Below, piece after piece: positions 34,914 to 45,221 of a stretch of DNA of 64,000 nucleotides. Position numbers and translations under genes: made by a program. Under the pieces are notes generated by a model. It had not been told where the DNA came from. It did not search any database and saw only the letters and a list, made by a program, of their open reading frames with translations. Within the stretch, counting starts at the first letter, position 1. Each line of letters opens with the position of its first letter. This stretch comes from Candidatus Omnitrophota bacterium (GTDB lineage: Bacteria; Omnitrophota; Gorgyraeia; JAFGHF01): assembly GCA_020341815.1 (NCBI GenBank), contig CP070837.1, positions 8,034 through 72,033 of the forward strand, in the 5' to 3' direction.

Positions 34914-35753
34914 TATCCGCCTGGAGGCGCTCCTTAAGGCGTGACAACTAATGTTTATGGCCACAGGAAGCCCGGCGATATGCGTGGGAGCTGTTAAGAC
35001 ATTTACGCCTAAGCAGGTAGTCTTTCCTCCCAAACCCATCGGGCCGATACCCAATCGATTGATTTTGTTAAGCAATTCTTTTTCTAACTTCGCTACTATT
35101 TTATCGCTATTCTTTCTCTTGAGCGGACGCAATAAGGCCTCTTTAGCTAAAGATGCCGCCCGATCGGATGTTGCGCCTATACCCACTCCGACTATAAAAG
35201 GCGGACAGGCCTCACTCCCGGCAAGCTTGACCTCTCGAATAATAAAGTCTTTAATTTTCTCTGGACCCTCGCTGGGTTTAAACATCCGGAGTGCGCTTTT
35301 GTTTTCGCAGCCAAAACCTTTTGGCAGAACAGCCAGCTCAAGGTGCGCACCCTTTACTATCTCAACAGTCACAACTGCCGGAGAAAATCCAGGAGTCGTC
35401 TTTCTCTTGAGCGGATGGGCAGTAATGGAATTGCGCAAGTAACCTTTTCTATACCCCTCTTCAACCCCTTTGTTTATTGCCTTTAAAAAGTCGCCTCCGA
35501 CAATTAATACTTCCTGTCCCAATTTCACAAAAACGCAAGGCAGGCCCGTATCCTGACAAATCGCCAGCTTAAACTTGCGCGCGCAGGCAGCATTATCCAA
35601 TAGCATCTGAAGAATGCCGCGGGCACGGGGATTGTCCTCCCGGGCCAGCGAAAGACGCAAGGCGCGCTTTACATCACTGCGCAAATTAGTATTGGCTTCA
35701 ATGCAAAGTTCGGATATGATACTCGTTATTTGGCGGGCATGAATTTTACGCAT
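34911..35753 (-). CDS. class I fumarate hydratase / Fe-S hydro-lyase alpha subunit
   Basis: CQDTGLPCVFVKLG Fe-S cluster ligand region; 280 aa. Confidence 0.8.
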   Translation of the reverse strand: MRKIHARQITSIISELCIEANTNLRSDVKRALRLSLAREDNPRARGILQMLLDNAACARKFKLAICQDTGLPCVFVKLGQEVLIVGGDFLKAINKGVEEGYRKGYLRNSITAHPLKRKTTPGFSPAVVTVEIVKGAHLELAVLPKGFGCENKSALRMFKPSEGPEKIKDFIIREVKLAGSEACPPFIVGVGIGATSDRAASLAKEALLRPLKRKNSDKIVAKLEKELLNKINRLGIGPMGLGGKTTCLGVNVLTAPTHIAGLPVAINISCHALRSASRRI

Positions 35754-35754
35754 T

Positions 35755-36429
35755 TTATTTTGCCCCTGTCATCTTATGTAATTGCGGAATAACCTTTACA
35801 CACGATAGGTAGCGCGAGCAATATTTCTCCCAGAGCCTGACCTTTGCCAGGAGGTCTTTATTCAATTCAAAAAAATTGGGCTGTAAAATCAAAGGGACCT
35901 TTTTCGCGCGCAACTTTAAGATTACCTTGAGGGCCTTCTCTAAATCTATGCGCTCGGTGGTCTGACAGATAACTACCTTAACAAATACCTCTTTCTTCAA
36001 AGCTATTTTTAGAAATTTTTGATGCTCCTGCCAATACTCAAGGCTGCCCGTAGAGCTGGGCAGCTTAAAATCCATGGCAACAATATCGATATCTTCGATA
36101 ATATGAGCCAGCTCGTCCGCCAATATGCCGTTGGTTTCTAAATAAGTGGCAATGCCGTCATATTTAACCAATCTTAAGAATTCCTTCAGAAAATCATGCT
36201 GCTGCAGCGGCTCTCCTCCCGTCAGGCAAAGCGAGTGATATGGAACCTTAAATCTCTTAACCCTATCATATAATTCTAAAGGAGTATATTTATCGTAGGC
36301 ATTTAACCGGGTATCGCAAAAGCGGCAGGCCTGCTTACAACCATAGAAACGCACAAAGACCTGAGGAGTTCCCGCATATAAACCCTCTCCCTGAAGACTG
36401 AAAAATATATCGGCAACTTTTGCTTTCAC
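35755..36429 (-). CDS. queE: 7-carboxy-7-deazaguanine synthase QueE (radical SAM), GTG start
   Basis: IFFSLQGEGLYAGTPQVFVRFYGCKQACRFCDT signature; GTG start inside hairpin element copy 2. Confidence 0.75.
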   Translation of the reverse strand: MKAKVADIFFSLQGEGLYAGTPQVFVRFYGCKQACRFCDTRLNAYDKYTPLELYDRVKRFKVPYHSLCLTGGEPLQQHDFLKEFLRLVKYDGIATYLETNGILADELAHIIEDIDIVAMDFKLPSSTGSLEYWQEHQKFLKIALKKEVFVKVVICQTTERIDLEKALKVILKLRAKKVPLILQPNFFELNKDLLAKVRLWEKYCSRYLSCVKVIPQLHKMTGAK

Positions 36430-36538
36430 CCCGCCCTTCCTTTCTTCGTAATGCCATAGTTAAATTTTACTTTTGCCAAACTATTACCTTCGCCCATATC
36501 TATTATGCAATGCGTGGTGTTTGGAAGGGCGGGGTTCA
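36427..36538 (-). promoter_or_regulatory. intergenic stop-hairpin-GTG module, copy 2
   Basis: Same 22-nt 5' and 30-nt 3' conserved arms as copy 1, with a longer variable loop. Confidence 0.6.
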
Positions 36539-37873
36539 TAAGGCCTCCCCCGCTAAATCGTATTCTAAAGTGTCGGTTATTTTCACCTTTACGAAATCAC
36601 CCGCCTTAAGCTTTTTTCCAGACTTCACATAAACGCAGCCATCGACTTCGGGCGCATCGCCTTCTGTGCGCCCCAAAAATATATTTTTATCGCTTGAGGT
36701 TTCTTCATCGATAAGAAGGCACAACTCTTTTCCCAGAAAGCCCTGATTGATTTTTGTGCAAATATCCTGCTGTAGAGAAAGGGCTTGCCTATATCGGGCT
36801 TGTTTTATTTTTTCGGGAATCTGCCGTGCAAAATTAGAGGCCCGAGTGCCTTGCTCCTGCGAATACTTAAAAAGGCCCAGCCGCTCAAATTTTACTTCAC
36901 GGATAAAGTCCAGAAGTTCAGTGAACTCTTTATCCGTCTCCCCCGGAAAACCGACCATCAGCGTCGTCCTGATAAAAACTCCGGGGATTTCTTTTCTTAT
37001 TTTTTCAATCAGGGAAAGAATCTGCCTGCGCGAGGTGCGCCGGTTCATCCTCTTGAGTATTTTATCATTTATATGTTGAATAGGCAAGTCGATATATTTA
37101 CAAACCGAAGGCTCATCCCTGATAACATCTATCAACTCGCTAGATACATGCGCCGGATGGGCATATAACAGCCTTATCCATTTGCCTTTTGCCTGGCGGG
37201 ATATTTTCCTGATGAGCTCAGGAGCTTTTCCCAGCCTCATATGCAAATCCTGCCCGTAAAGAGTGGTATCCTGCCCGATTAAATTAATTTCGCTTACCCC
37301 TTGCTCCTCAAAAAGATGCCTGGTCTCTTTAAGGATAGAGCCCATCTTTCTTGAGCGGTGCCTACCGCGCAAATCAGGAATTACGCAGTAACTGCAACGG
37401 TTATTGCAGCCTTCGGATATCTTTACATAGGCAAAGTGTTCGGGTGTAAGCAATATGCGGGGTGAGGTGTGCGTATATAGAAAATCGCTCGGTCCGAATT
37501 TGCCAAAGCTTTTCTCCGAACCTATATTTTTTACCACAGCGGCAATCTTATCGATACTGCCCACGCCCACGAAGACATCCACCTCTTTAAGCTCCGGCAA
37601 TAGTTTATCTTTATATCGCTGCGCAAGGCATCCGCATACTATAATTGCCTCTATCTTGCCTTCTTTTTTCAGCCGGCCGAGATTGAGGATTGCATCAATG
37701 GACTCTTCTTCCGCCTCGCGGATAAAGCTGCAGGTATTCACAATTGCCACATCTGCCTCTGCGACTTCATCAGAAATCCCGAAGCCGGCCTTCTTCAAAT
37801 ACCCCAGCATCACTTCACTATCCACCAGATTTCTGGCGCAACCTAAGCTAAGTATCCCTATCTTTGCTTTCAT
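36536..37873 (-). CDS. rimO: ribosomal protein S12 methylthiotransferase RimO
   Basis: SLGCARNLVDSEVMLG MTTase N-domain, CSYCVIP radical SAM, C-terminal TRAM. Confidence 0.75.
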   Translation of the reverse strand: MKAKIGILSLGCARNLVDSEVMLGYLKKAGFGISDEVAEADVAIVNTCSFIREAEEESIDAILNLGRLKKEGKIEAIIVCGCLAQRYKDKLLPELKEVDVFVGVGSIDKIAAVVKNIGSEKSFGKFGPSDFLYTHTSPRILLTPEHFAYVKISEGCNNRCSYCVIPDLRGRHRSRKMGSILKETRHLFEEQGVSEINLIGQDTTLYGQDLHMRLGKAPELIRKISRQAKGKWIRLLYAHPAHVSSELIDVIRDEPSVCKYIDLPIQHINDKILKRMNRRTSRRQILSLIEKIRKEIPGVFIRTTLMVGFPGETDKEFTELLDFIREVKFERLGLFKYSQEQGTRASNFARQIPEKIKQARYRQALSLQQDICTKINQGFLGKELCLLIDEETSSDKNIFLGRTEGDAPEVDGCVYVKSGKKLKAGDFVKVKITDTLEYDLAGEAL

Positions 37874-37890
37874 CCTTATCCATCCGTGTA

Positions 37891-37920
37891 TAAAAATGAA
37901 AAATCGGGGCTTCCCCCGAC
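37891..37920 (-). terminator. rho-independent terminator downstream of rodZ
   Basis: UCGGGG-cuuc-CCCCGA followed by UUUUUCAUUUUU on the minus strand. Confidence 0.6.
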
Positions 37921-37954
37921 ACTGTCAACTCTTAACTGTCAACTGTTAACTAAA

Positions 37955-38785
37955 TTATTTTCCCTCAATCCCCTCGCGGGTAACCACAAGGGCCCTCTTA
38001 ACCTGGGCCTTCTTCAGGTCAACAGGATTTCCGTTAAGGGATACCTCTATTACTTCAGGTTTTCCTATACGTAACTCTATCCTGTCTTTGGCCCGCCAGC
38101 GTTCGGTCTTTCCTTTATATAGGGTCTTCTCAAATACGGCCTGCTCATCGGTTTTTACCCGCATCCAGCAGTTGTCAAGGGTCTTGACCTCCAGAATTAA
38201 ATCTTCCGCTTGAGGTAAAACTACGGGTACTGCCTTTACTTCGATCTTGGGCTTGACCTTAGGCTTTTCGATTTCCTTGGCTATCTGCTGTTTACCTTCA
38301 GTAGAACGAGAGATATTTTTCAAGACAAAGCGAAAATAAAAAACAAAAGCAAATGAAAAAACTATAATCAAAACTCCTCTTATAATCGAAACGGGTTTAA
38401 GCTGGGGAATCTTCCTGCTCTGAGGTTTTTTATCCGAAACAGCCGTAACAGGGCTGGCGGCAACAACAGAAGCAACGGGGTGAGTAAACTGATTGACTTC
38501 TTTTTTCTGGTCATCTTTGGAAATATTTTTGGGTGCCTCTTTGGGCTCATCTTTCCGGGCCTCATTGGTATATTCTCTAAGCAGTTGCTCGCTATCCAAC
38601 CCCAAATACCGGGCATAGGTTTTTAAAAATCCTTTTATATAGATAGGACTTAACAAACTATCTGCCCTGTCTTCCTCCAGGGCCTGCAGGATATTGTGAT
38701 GAATCTTGGTATCCTTATAGACTTCATCTAAAGAGATTCTTTTCTCCTGCCTTGCCTTTTTTAACTTTTCGCCTACGCTCTGCAT
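37955..38785 (-). CDS. rodZ: cytoskeleton protein RodZ (HTH, TM, C-terminal DUF4115)
   Basis: N-terminal HTH LSLDEVYKDTKIHHNILQALE, central TM, Pro/Lys-rich linker. Confidence 0.7.
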   Translation of the reverse strand: MQSVGEKLKKARQEKRISLDEVYKDTKIHHNILQALEEDRADSLLSPIYIKGFLKTYARYLGLDSEQLLREYTNEARKDEPKEAPKNISKDDQKKEVNQFTHPVASVVAASPVTAVSDKKPQSRKIPQLKPVSIIRGVLIIVFSFAFVFYFRFVLKNISRSTEGKQQIAKEIEKPKVKPKIEVKAVPVVLPQAEDLILEVKTLDNCWMRVKTDEQAVFEKTLYKGKTERWRAKDRIELRIGKPEVIEVSLNGNPVDLKKAQVKRALVVTREGIEGK

Positions 38786-41022
38786 TATTCTCTGCTCTCC
38801 ACTTCCTCTTCCGCACCTATCTCCTGATTGAGATTTGTTTTATCGTCTATAAGGATCTCCCGCGGCTTGGAGCCCCGATAAGGGCCGACCACGCCTTCTT
38901 CTTCCATCATATCAATCAGGCGGGCAGCGCGCGTATAACCCAGGCCCAATCTCCTCTGCAGCATAGAAACAGAGGCCTGCTTTGTCTGCAGTATTACCTT
39001 TACGGCCTCATCAAAGAGGTCGTCCTTTTCCATTTTTCTGGAAAAGCTGCTCTTTTTCTCCTGTGCATCCATAAGCTCCTGATTATAAAGCGGGGGTTTC
39101 TGCGCTTTTATAAAATTCACTATTCTTTCCAGCTCGCTGTCAAAAATCAAAGAACCCTGGGCGCGCACAGGTTTATGCTGTCCGGGCTTCAAAAAAAGCA
39201 AATCCCCTTTACCTAAAAGTTTGTCCGCACCATTCATATCCAGAACAGTGCGTGAATCGACGCGCGAGGCAACGCGAAATGAAATGCGCGCAGGAAAGTT
39301 TGCCTTAATTACTCCGGTTACCACATCTACCGAGGGCCTCTGGGTGGCCAAAATCAGATGAATACCCACTGCCCGGGAAAGCTGGGCCAAGCGTGTTATG
39401 GCCCCCTCTACCTGCTGCTGGGCCACTACCATCAAATCGGCTAATTCATCAATAATTACCACTATGTAGGGCATCCTTGTAACCGCAGAGTCCGCAAAAT
39501 CATCCGCAAAGTCCGCAGAAACTTCTTCTTTGCGCTCTTTGCCTTTCTCTGTGCTCTTTGCGTTTGCAATTTTTTCATTATAGAGGTCGATATTTCTTGC
39601 CCCTATTTTGGCCAGCAATTTATAACGCTCCTCCATTTCACTCACCACCCAGGCCAGAGCAGAAGAGACCTTCTTTGGATTTGTCAAGACAGGACAAAGC
39701 AGGTGCGGCAAGCCATTAAACATAGCCAGCTCCACCATCTTAGGGTCAACCATAAGGAACTTTATCTCATCAGGCGAGGCATTGAAAATAAGACTGGTGA
39801 TGATGCTGTTCATACAAACCGTCTTGCCGGAACCGGTAGTGCCGGCAATCAAAAGGTGCGGCATATCCGCCAGATCCGCAACCAGGGGCTGGCCGGATAT
39901 ATCTTTGCCCAGACATAAGGTAAGCTTGGAAGAAGCCTGCTGAAACTCTGCCGACTCCAGGATTTCTCTGAGATAGACTATGGCACTTTTACTATTGGGC
40001 ACCTCAACACCCACTCGGGATTTTCCGGGAATAGGGGCCACAATACGCACGCTGGAGGCCTTCATCGCCAGGGCAATATCATCGCTCAACTCTACAATGC
40101 GGTGAATCTTTACTCCCGGGGCGGGCTCCAGCTCATATCTGGTAATTACAGGCCCCGGACTGACCTGAGTTACCCTGGTCTCAACATTAAAGTCCCGCAG
40201 GGTAGCCTCAAGTATGTGTGAACTGGCCTGCAAATCATCCTTAATCTGTCTTTCTTCCAATGGAGGAGGTGAATCCAGTAAATCCAGCCCGGGAAATTTA
40301 TAATCGGCAGAAACTCTTTCTACGGGAACCCTTCGCTCAAGCGGCTTTTTGACAACGGGCGGCTTGACTATTTTGGGCTTGGGTATCTTGGGCTTATCTA
40401 TTTTCAAGACAGGCTTATCTATCTTTATCTTTTTAACGGAGGAGACAATCTTTTCTTTAAATACACGCTTCTTAAGAAAAAGAAATAAATTGAATAACCT
40501 GTTCCCCAGCCATTTAAAAAACGGCAAAATCAAAAACTCCGTAGAGACAAATGAAGAAAGAATAGTTAAGCCTAAGGAAATGATCAATGTCCCGGCGCGG
40601 CCAAAATATTTAATCACGAATCCTCCCGCCGCCGTACCGAGCAAACCCGCCCTCTGGAATTTAAGCACCTCATCCTGCGCTCCAAACAAGCTGAGTAAAA
40701 CCGTCGAAGACACAAGCAAAATTGCCGCACCCGATAGCCTGATATAAAGCTTAAGCGGCGGTCTTTGCAGAAAGCGCACCCAGGCCCAGGCCAAACTCAG
40801 CGAACACAAAATATATGCGGCTGCGCCCAAAAACATAAACAGGCCCTCGGCCATATATGCGCCGACAACGCCGATGAGGTTTTTTACCGGGATATTGGGA
40901 TGGGAGGTGCGAAATGAGGTATCCTGGGGATGATAGGAGATTAAACTTAAGAGAATAAAAATGGCAAAGGCTATCAGGCATAATGCCTTTATTTTATCTA
41001 CCAGGGACTGCCCTATTTTCAT
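38785..41022 (-). CDS. ftsK: DNA translocase FtsK
   Basis: 4-TM N-domain, Walker A GTTGSGKTV, gamma domain at the C-terminus. Confidence 0.9.
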   Translation of the reverse strand: MKIGQSLVDKIKALCLIAFAIFILLSLISYHPQDTSFRTSHPNIPVKNLIGVVGAYMAEGLFMFLGAAAYILCSLSLAWAWVRFLQRPPLKLYIRLSGAAILLVSSTVLLSLFGAQDEVLKFQRAGLLGTAAGGFVIKYFGRAGTLIISLGLTILSSFVSTEFLILPFFKWLGNRLFNLFLFLKKRVFKEKIVSSVKKIKIDKPVLKIDKPKIPKPKIVKPPVVKKPLERRVPVERVSADYKFPGLDLLDSPPPLEERQIKDDLQASSHILEATLRDFNVETRVTQVSPGPVITRYELEPAPGVKIHRIVELSDDIALAMKASSVRIVAPIPGKSRVGVEVPNSKSAIVYLREILESAEFQQASSKLTLCLGKDISGQPLVADLADMPHLLIAGTTGSGKTVCMNSIITSLIFNASPDEIKFLMVDPKMVELAMFNGLPHLLCPVLTNPKKVSSALAWVVSEMEERYKLLAKIGARNIDLYNEKIANAKSTEKGKERKEEVSADFADDFADSAVTRMPYIVVIIDELADLMVVAQQQVEGAITRLAQLSRAVGIHLILATQRPSVDVVTGVIKANFPARISFRVASRVDSRTVLDMNGADKLLGKGDLLFLKPGQHKPVRAQGSLIFDSELERIVNFIKAQKPPLYNQELMDAQEKKSSFSRKMEKDDLFDEAVKVILQTKQASVSMLQRRLGLGYTRAARLIDMMEEEGVVGPYRGSKPREILIDDKTNLNQEIGAEEEVESRE

Positions 41023-41030
41023 TTTTTATC

Positions 41031-43148
41031 CTACTTTGCCGGAGAGGCCGCCTGCTTAATGCTTAGATTGATCCTGCCCTGCTCGTCAATGGCAATAAGC
41101 TTGACCTTGACTTCCTGGCCGACCTTTACTACATCTTCTACGTTTTTCACAAACTTGTCTGCCAGCTCCGAGACGTGTATCAATCCTTCCTTCTTTGGCA
41201 GGAACTCACAGAAGGCGCCAAAGTTCATCACCTTTTTTATTTTGCCGGTGTAAACCTTTCCTACCTCCGGTTCCTCCGTCAGGCCATTAATATAATCTAT
41301 TGCCTTTTGCATAGCCGCTTCCTCTAAGGCAGAGATAATCACCCGACCGTCATCTTCTATATCAATAGTAGCTCCTGTATCCTGAATAATCTTGCGAATA
41401 GTTTTTCCGCCCGGGCCGATGACTTCCCCGATTTTAGCGGTGTCTATTTTAATTACATGAATCTTGGGGGCATATTTGGAAATAGTGCTTCTGGGCTGAC
41501 TGATTACCTCAGATATTTTATCCAGGATAATCATCCTGGCTTTTTTGGCCTCAGTCAATATCTGGGTAATAAGCTGAGGGCTTATCCCCTCTATTTTGAT
41601 ATCTACCTGAATAGCGGTAATACCGTCTCTGGTCCCTGTAACCTTAAAATCGGTATCTCCGAAATGGTCCTCCAGCCCTAAGATGTCAGTCAAAATAGCT
41701 GCTTTATTTCCTTCCTTTATCAGTCCCATGGCCACTCCGGCAACCGCTGCTTTAATCGGCACACCGGCATCCATTAAAGCCAAAGTCCCGGCGCAAACCG
41801 TAGCCATGCTGGAGGAGCCGTTAGACTCTAAGATCTCCGAAACCACGCGCACCGTATAGGGAAACTTCTCCTTGGAGGGCATCACCGGCTTTAAAGCCCG
41901 CTCAGCCAGGGCGCCATGGCCGATCTCGCGCCGGCCCGGGCCTCTAATCGGACGGATTTCTCCCACGCTGAAAGGAGGAAAGCTGTAGTGTAACATAAAA
42001 TTCTTGAACATCTCTCCTTCTAAGGCCTCTACCATCTGCTCATCCGAGCGGCTGCCCAATGTAGTCACCGAAAGACTCTGGGTTTCCCCCCGGGTAAACA
42101 GCCCGGAACCATGCGTCCTGGGAAGGGCGCCGGCCTTGCAACTGATGGGACGGATCTCATCATAACCTCGTTCTCCGATACGCACCTTTTTCTCTAATAC
42201 CAGCTTTCGCACCTGTTGCTTCATTGCCTCACTTAAGGTCGTCTTTATATCCTGCTCGGTATAAGCGGCTTCATCGGTGAGTAATTTTTCTATCAAGCTC
42301 TTAATCAGGAGCTCGGTCTTCTCCAGCCTCTTTTCCCTGTTGGCAATCTCAAAAATCTGCTCTATCTCACCAAGGGAGAGTTTCTCCACCTTCTTCATAA
42401 GCTCCGGGTCAATCTTTTTAAGTTCCAGGGTACGGGCAGGGTGAGTTAAGTGCGGCTTTACCTTCTTCTGCAAGCCCTGTTGCAACTTAATAATCTCCTG
42501 CAAATCTTTCCGGGCAAAGTTGATAGCCTCGGTAACAGTCTCTTCCGGCACCTCATTTGCCCCGGCCTCCAGCATAACCACGCCTTCTTCCGTAGCGGCA
42601 ATCACCAGATCCAGGCTACTCTTATCTAATTGGGCGTAAGTTGGATTGATGACGAACTCATCGTCAATTTTACCGACACGGACAGCGCCTATCGGCCCGC
42701 CAAAAGGAGGATTTTTGCCAAAGGCAATATTGGCCAGCATAAGGGCGGAAGACGCCCCCACCATGGCCAGGACATCCGGGTCGTTTTCTCCATCGCTGGA
42801 GAGGACAATAGCCATTACCTGAACCTCATTAAAAAGGCCCTTGGGAAACAGCGGCCGGATAGGCCGGTCAATGAGCCTGGCGCTTAAAATCTCTTTTTCC
42901 GAAGGACGCCCCTCTCTCTTAAAGAACCCGCCCGGGATTTTACCTGCGGCGTAGGTCTTCTCCTGATATTCCACAAATAAAGGGAAAAAACTGGCTTCTT
43001 CTCTGGGTTCATCCGATATTACCGCAGTCACCAAAACTACTGTGCCGCCGTACTGGACGGTAACTGCTCCATCGGCCTGTTTGGCTACCTCTCCTGTTTC
43101 AATAACCAGGTTTTCCCCGCCTAATTTTAATTCTACTTTCTCTAACAT
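41031..43148 (-). CDS. pnp: polyribonucleotide nucleotidyltransferase (PNPase)
   Basis: Two RNase PH domains, KH and S1 C-terminus; 705 aa. Confidence 0.9.
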   Translation of the reverse strand: MLEKVELKLGGENLVIETGEVAKQADGAVTVQYGGTVVLVTAVISDEPREEASFFPLFVEYQEKTYAAGKIPGGFFKREGRPSEKEILSARLIDRPIRPLFPKGLFNEVQVMAIVLSSDGENDPDVLAMVGASSALMLANIAFGKNPPFGGPIGAVRVGKIDDEFVINPTYAQLDKSSLDLVIAATEEGVVMLEAGANEVPEETVTEAINFARKDLQEIIKLQQGLQKKVKPHLTHPARTLELKKIDPELMKKVEKLSLGEIEQIFEIANREKRLEKTELLIKSLIEKLLTDEAAYTEQDIKTTLSEAMKQQVRKLVLEKKVRIGERGYDEIRPISCKAGALPRTHGSGLFTRGETQSLSVTTLGSRSDEQMVEALEGEMFKNFMLHYSFPPFSVGEIRPIRGPGRREIGHGALAERALKPVMPSKEKFPYTVRVVSEILESNGSSSMATVCAGTLALMDAGVPIKAAVAGVAMGLIKEGNKAAILTDILGLEDHFGDTDFKVTGTRDGITAIQVDIKIEGISPQLITQILTEAKKARMIILDKISEVISQPRSTISKYAPKIHVIKIDTAKIGEVIGPGGKTIRKIIQDTGATIDIEDDGRVIISALEEAAMQKAIDYINGLTEEPEVGKVYTGKIKKVMNFGAFCEFLPKKEGLIHVSELADKFVKNVEDVVKVGQEVKVKLIAIDEQGRINLSIKQAASPAK

Positions 43149-43156
43149 ATCTCCTC

Positions 43157-43426
43157 TTACTTTCTAAGCTTGAGTCTTTTAATCAGCTTTTCGTATTCTT
43201 CTTCATCTTCTTTCTTAAGATACTCCAAGAGCTTTCTACGCTGATTTATCAGGCGCAGGAGCCCCTGTCTTGAGTGGTGGTCTTTCTTGTGGACCTTGAA
43301 ATGCTCCACAAGGGCATTGATTCTTTCTGTAAGCAGGGCAATCTGCACAGAAGAAGAACCGGTATCTCTCTCATGCATCTTATAATCATGAATTAATTTT
43401 TCTTTCTTGTCTCTCAGCAAGCCCAT
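43157..43426 (-). CDS. rpsO: 30S ribosomal protein S15
   Basis: [25 protein letters not shown]. Confidence 0.9.
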   Translation of the reverse strand: MGLLRDKKEKLIHDYKMHERDTGSSSVQIALLTERINALVEHFKVHKKDHHSRQGLLRLINQRRKLLEYLKKEDEEEYEKLIKRLKLRK

Positions 43427-43469
43427 ATTCTTTCGAAACCTCCTTTTTCGACTTAAAGCACTGATACAA

Positions 43470-44135
43470 CTACCTTGGATATCCTATCGGAATAACATAC
43501 AAAGGCTGTTCTTTATCCGGCAACTGCAATACTGCCTTTACCGCCTGATCATCAAAGGCACCCACAGGCACAGAACCCAGCCCCAGAGCAACCGCCTGCA
43601 AATGGACGTTCTGGGCTATGTGTCCCACTTCTATATCTGTATAACGCTCACCGCGCGAGCCGTAATGCGAGGTAATCCTTTCATAAACTGCCGCAATTAC
43701 AATACTCACCGGGGCCTGGGCAACAAAACCCTGACCCAGACAAGCCGCAGCCAGCTGACTGCGCATGTCTTTCGGTAAAAGCTGCTCTAACTTATGCCCC
43801 CGGGGTAAGTAGTGAAATAATCCATCGCTCTTGACGATGTAAATCTCCATCGGATAACGCGCACCTGCCGAAGGCGCGGCCCGATAGCCGCTTTCAGTTT
43901 CGGTAATCCCCTGAGCCGACCAAAGCAGCTGTCCGATCTGCGCAAGCGTCAGCTCTTGCGGCCTAAAGCTGCGCTTTGACCTTCTCTGCACTATGGCCTC
44001 TTCCAGCGAAATCTCTCCTTCGAGGCGGGGAACAGGTAAAGATATATTCTTTTCCATCGTCTCTAACTCTTGAGCTTCTGCCGAAGGGACTCCCAGCGCA
44101 AATCCAAGCAATATAACTGTAAAAAGATACCTCAT
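43470..44135 (-). CDS. nitroreductase-fold (SagB-type dehydrogenase-like) protein with signal peptide
   Basis: GARYPMEIY and nitroreductase-like C-terminus; start trimmed to MRYLF. Confidence 0.55.
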   Translation of the reverse strand: MRYLFTVILLGFALGVPSAEAQELETMEKNISLPVPRLEGEISLEEAIVQRRSKRSFRPQELTLAQIGQLLWSAQGITETESGYRAAPSAGARYPMEIYIVKSDGLFHYLPRGHKLEQLLPKDMRSQLAAACLGQGFVAQAPVSIVIAAVYERITSHYGSRGERYTDIEVGHIAQNVHLQAVALGLGSVPVGAFDDQAVKAVLQLPDKEQPLYVIPIGYPR

Positions 44136-44243
44136 TTTATAGACCAGGATTATAGCACATATCAACTAAAATTGCAATCTTTATTTAAGATTGACTGCTG
44201 GGGTCTCTTATGTTAAGATGGAGGTTCAAAATAAGGAGATGAA

Positions 44244-44960
44244 GTGGAGAACCCCCGGGTTTCCATCGTTATACCTGTTTATAATGAAGAAGAAAATATC
44301 CCTCTATTACTTGAAGGCATAGCTCAAGTAATGGACGGACGCACCGAACCCTGGGAGCTGATTATTATCGATGACGGAAGCACGGATAACAGCCTTGAAG
44401 TTTTAAAGACGCTGGCTGATAAGTATCCTCCTCTGCGCATCATCAGGTTTCAAAAAAACAGCGGCCAAAGCGCCGGTTTCGATGCCGGATTCAAGCTGGC
44501 CAGGGCCGAGACAGTAGTTACTCTGGATGCCGATTTGCAATATGACCCCCGTGACATCCCCCGCCTGTTAGAAGGATTAAAGGATTATGATGTAGTCTGC
44601 GGCCGGCGCAGGAAGAGGCTTGACCCCTGGCTCAAACGCGTCTCTACCAAAATAGCCAACGCCGTCAGGAATAAGCTCAGCGGAGAAAATATAAAAGACA
44701 CCGGCTGCTCCCTCAAGGCTTTCAAAAGGTCTTTTCTCGTAAATCTAAAAATGTATAAAGGCATGCACAGATTTCTGCCTACTCTGTTAAAAATGCAGGG
44801 TGCTAAAGTTACCGAAGTTGAGGTAACCCACCTGCCGCGAAAGTTCGGCCGTTCAAAATACAATATCAGAAATCGCCTGTTCCGCTCCTTTCTGGATTTA
44901 TTATTTGTTGCCTGGATGAAAAAACGTAACCTGGATTATAAAATGGAGGTTATCCGATGA
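44244..44960 (+). CDS. GT2 polyprenol-phosphate glycosyltransferase (ArnC/GtrB-like)
   Basis: VSIVIPVYNEEENI...IIIDDGSTDNS...DADLQYDP. Confidence 0.8.
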   Translation: MENPRVSIVIPVYNEEENIPLLLEGIAQVMDGRTEPWELIIIDDGSTDNSLEVLKTLADKYPPLRIIRFQKNSGQSAGFDAGFKLARAETVVTLDADLQYDPRDIPRLLEGLKDYDVVCGRRRKRLDPWLKRVSTKIANAVRNKLSGENIKDTGCSLKAFKRSFLVNLKMYKGMHRFLPTLLKMQGAKVTEVEVTHLPRKFGRSKYNIRNRLFRSFLDLLFVAWMKKRNLDYKMEVIR

Positions 44961-45220
44961 ATCTCTGGATTCTTTTAGGTCTCTTTGCCCAATTTCTTTT
45001 CTTCATGCGTTTTTTTGTGCAGTGGATAGTATCGGAGAAAAAGAAAGAAAGCACTATCCCTGAATCTTTCTGGTATTTCAGCATTGCCGGAAGCCTTCTG
45101 CTTCTGATATACTCTATCTACAGAAAGGATATAGTTTTTATCCTCGGGCAAAGCGTAGGTTCATTCATATATATGCGTAACCTGATATTAATTCATAGAA
45201 AAGGAAAAGTTTCCGTTTAA
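44957..45220 (+). CDS. lipid-A-biosynthesis N-terminal-domain (LAB_N) small membrane protein
   Basis: 87 aa, 3 TM, FMRFFVQWIVSEK motif; typical partner of ArnC-like GT2. Confidence 0.6.
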   Translation: MNLWILLGLFAQFLFFMRFFVQWIVSEKKKESTIPESFWYFSIAGSLLLLIYSIYRKDIVFILGQSVGSFIYMRNLILIHRKGKVSV

Positions 45221-45221
45221 T

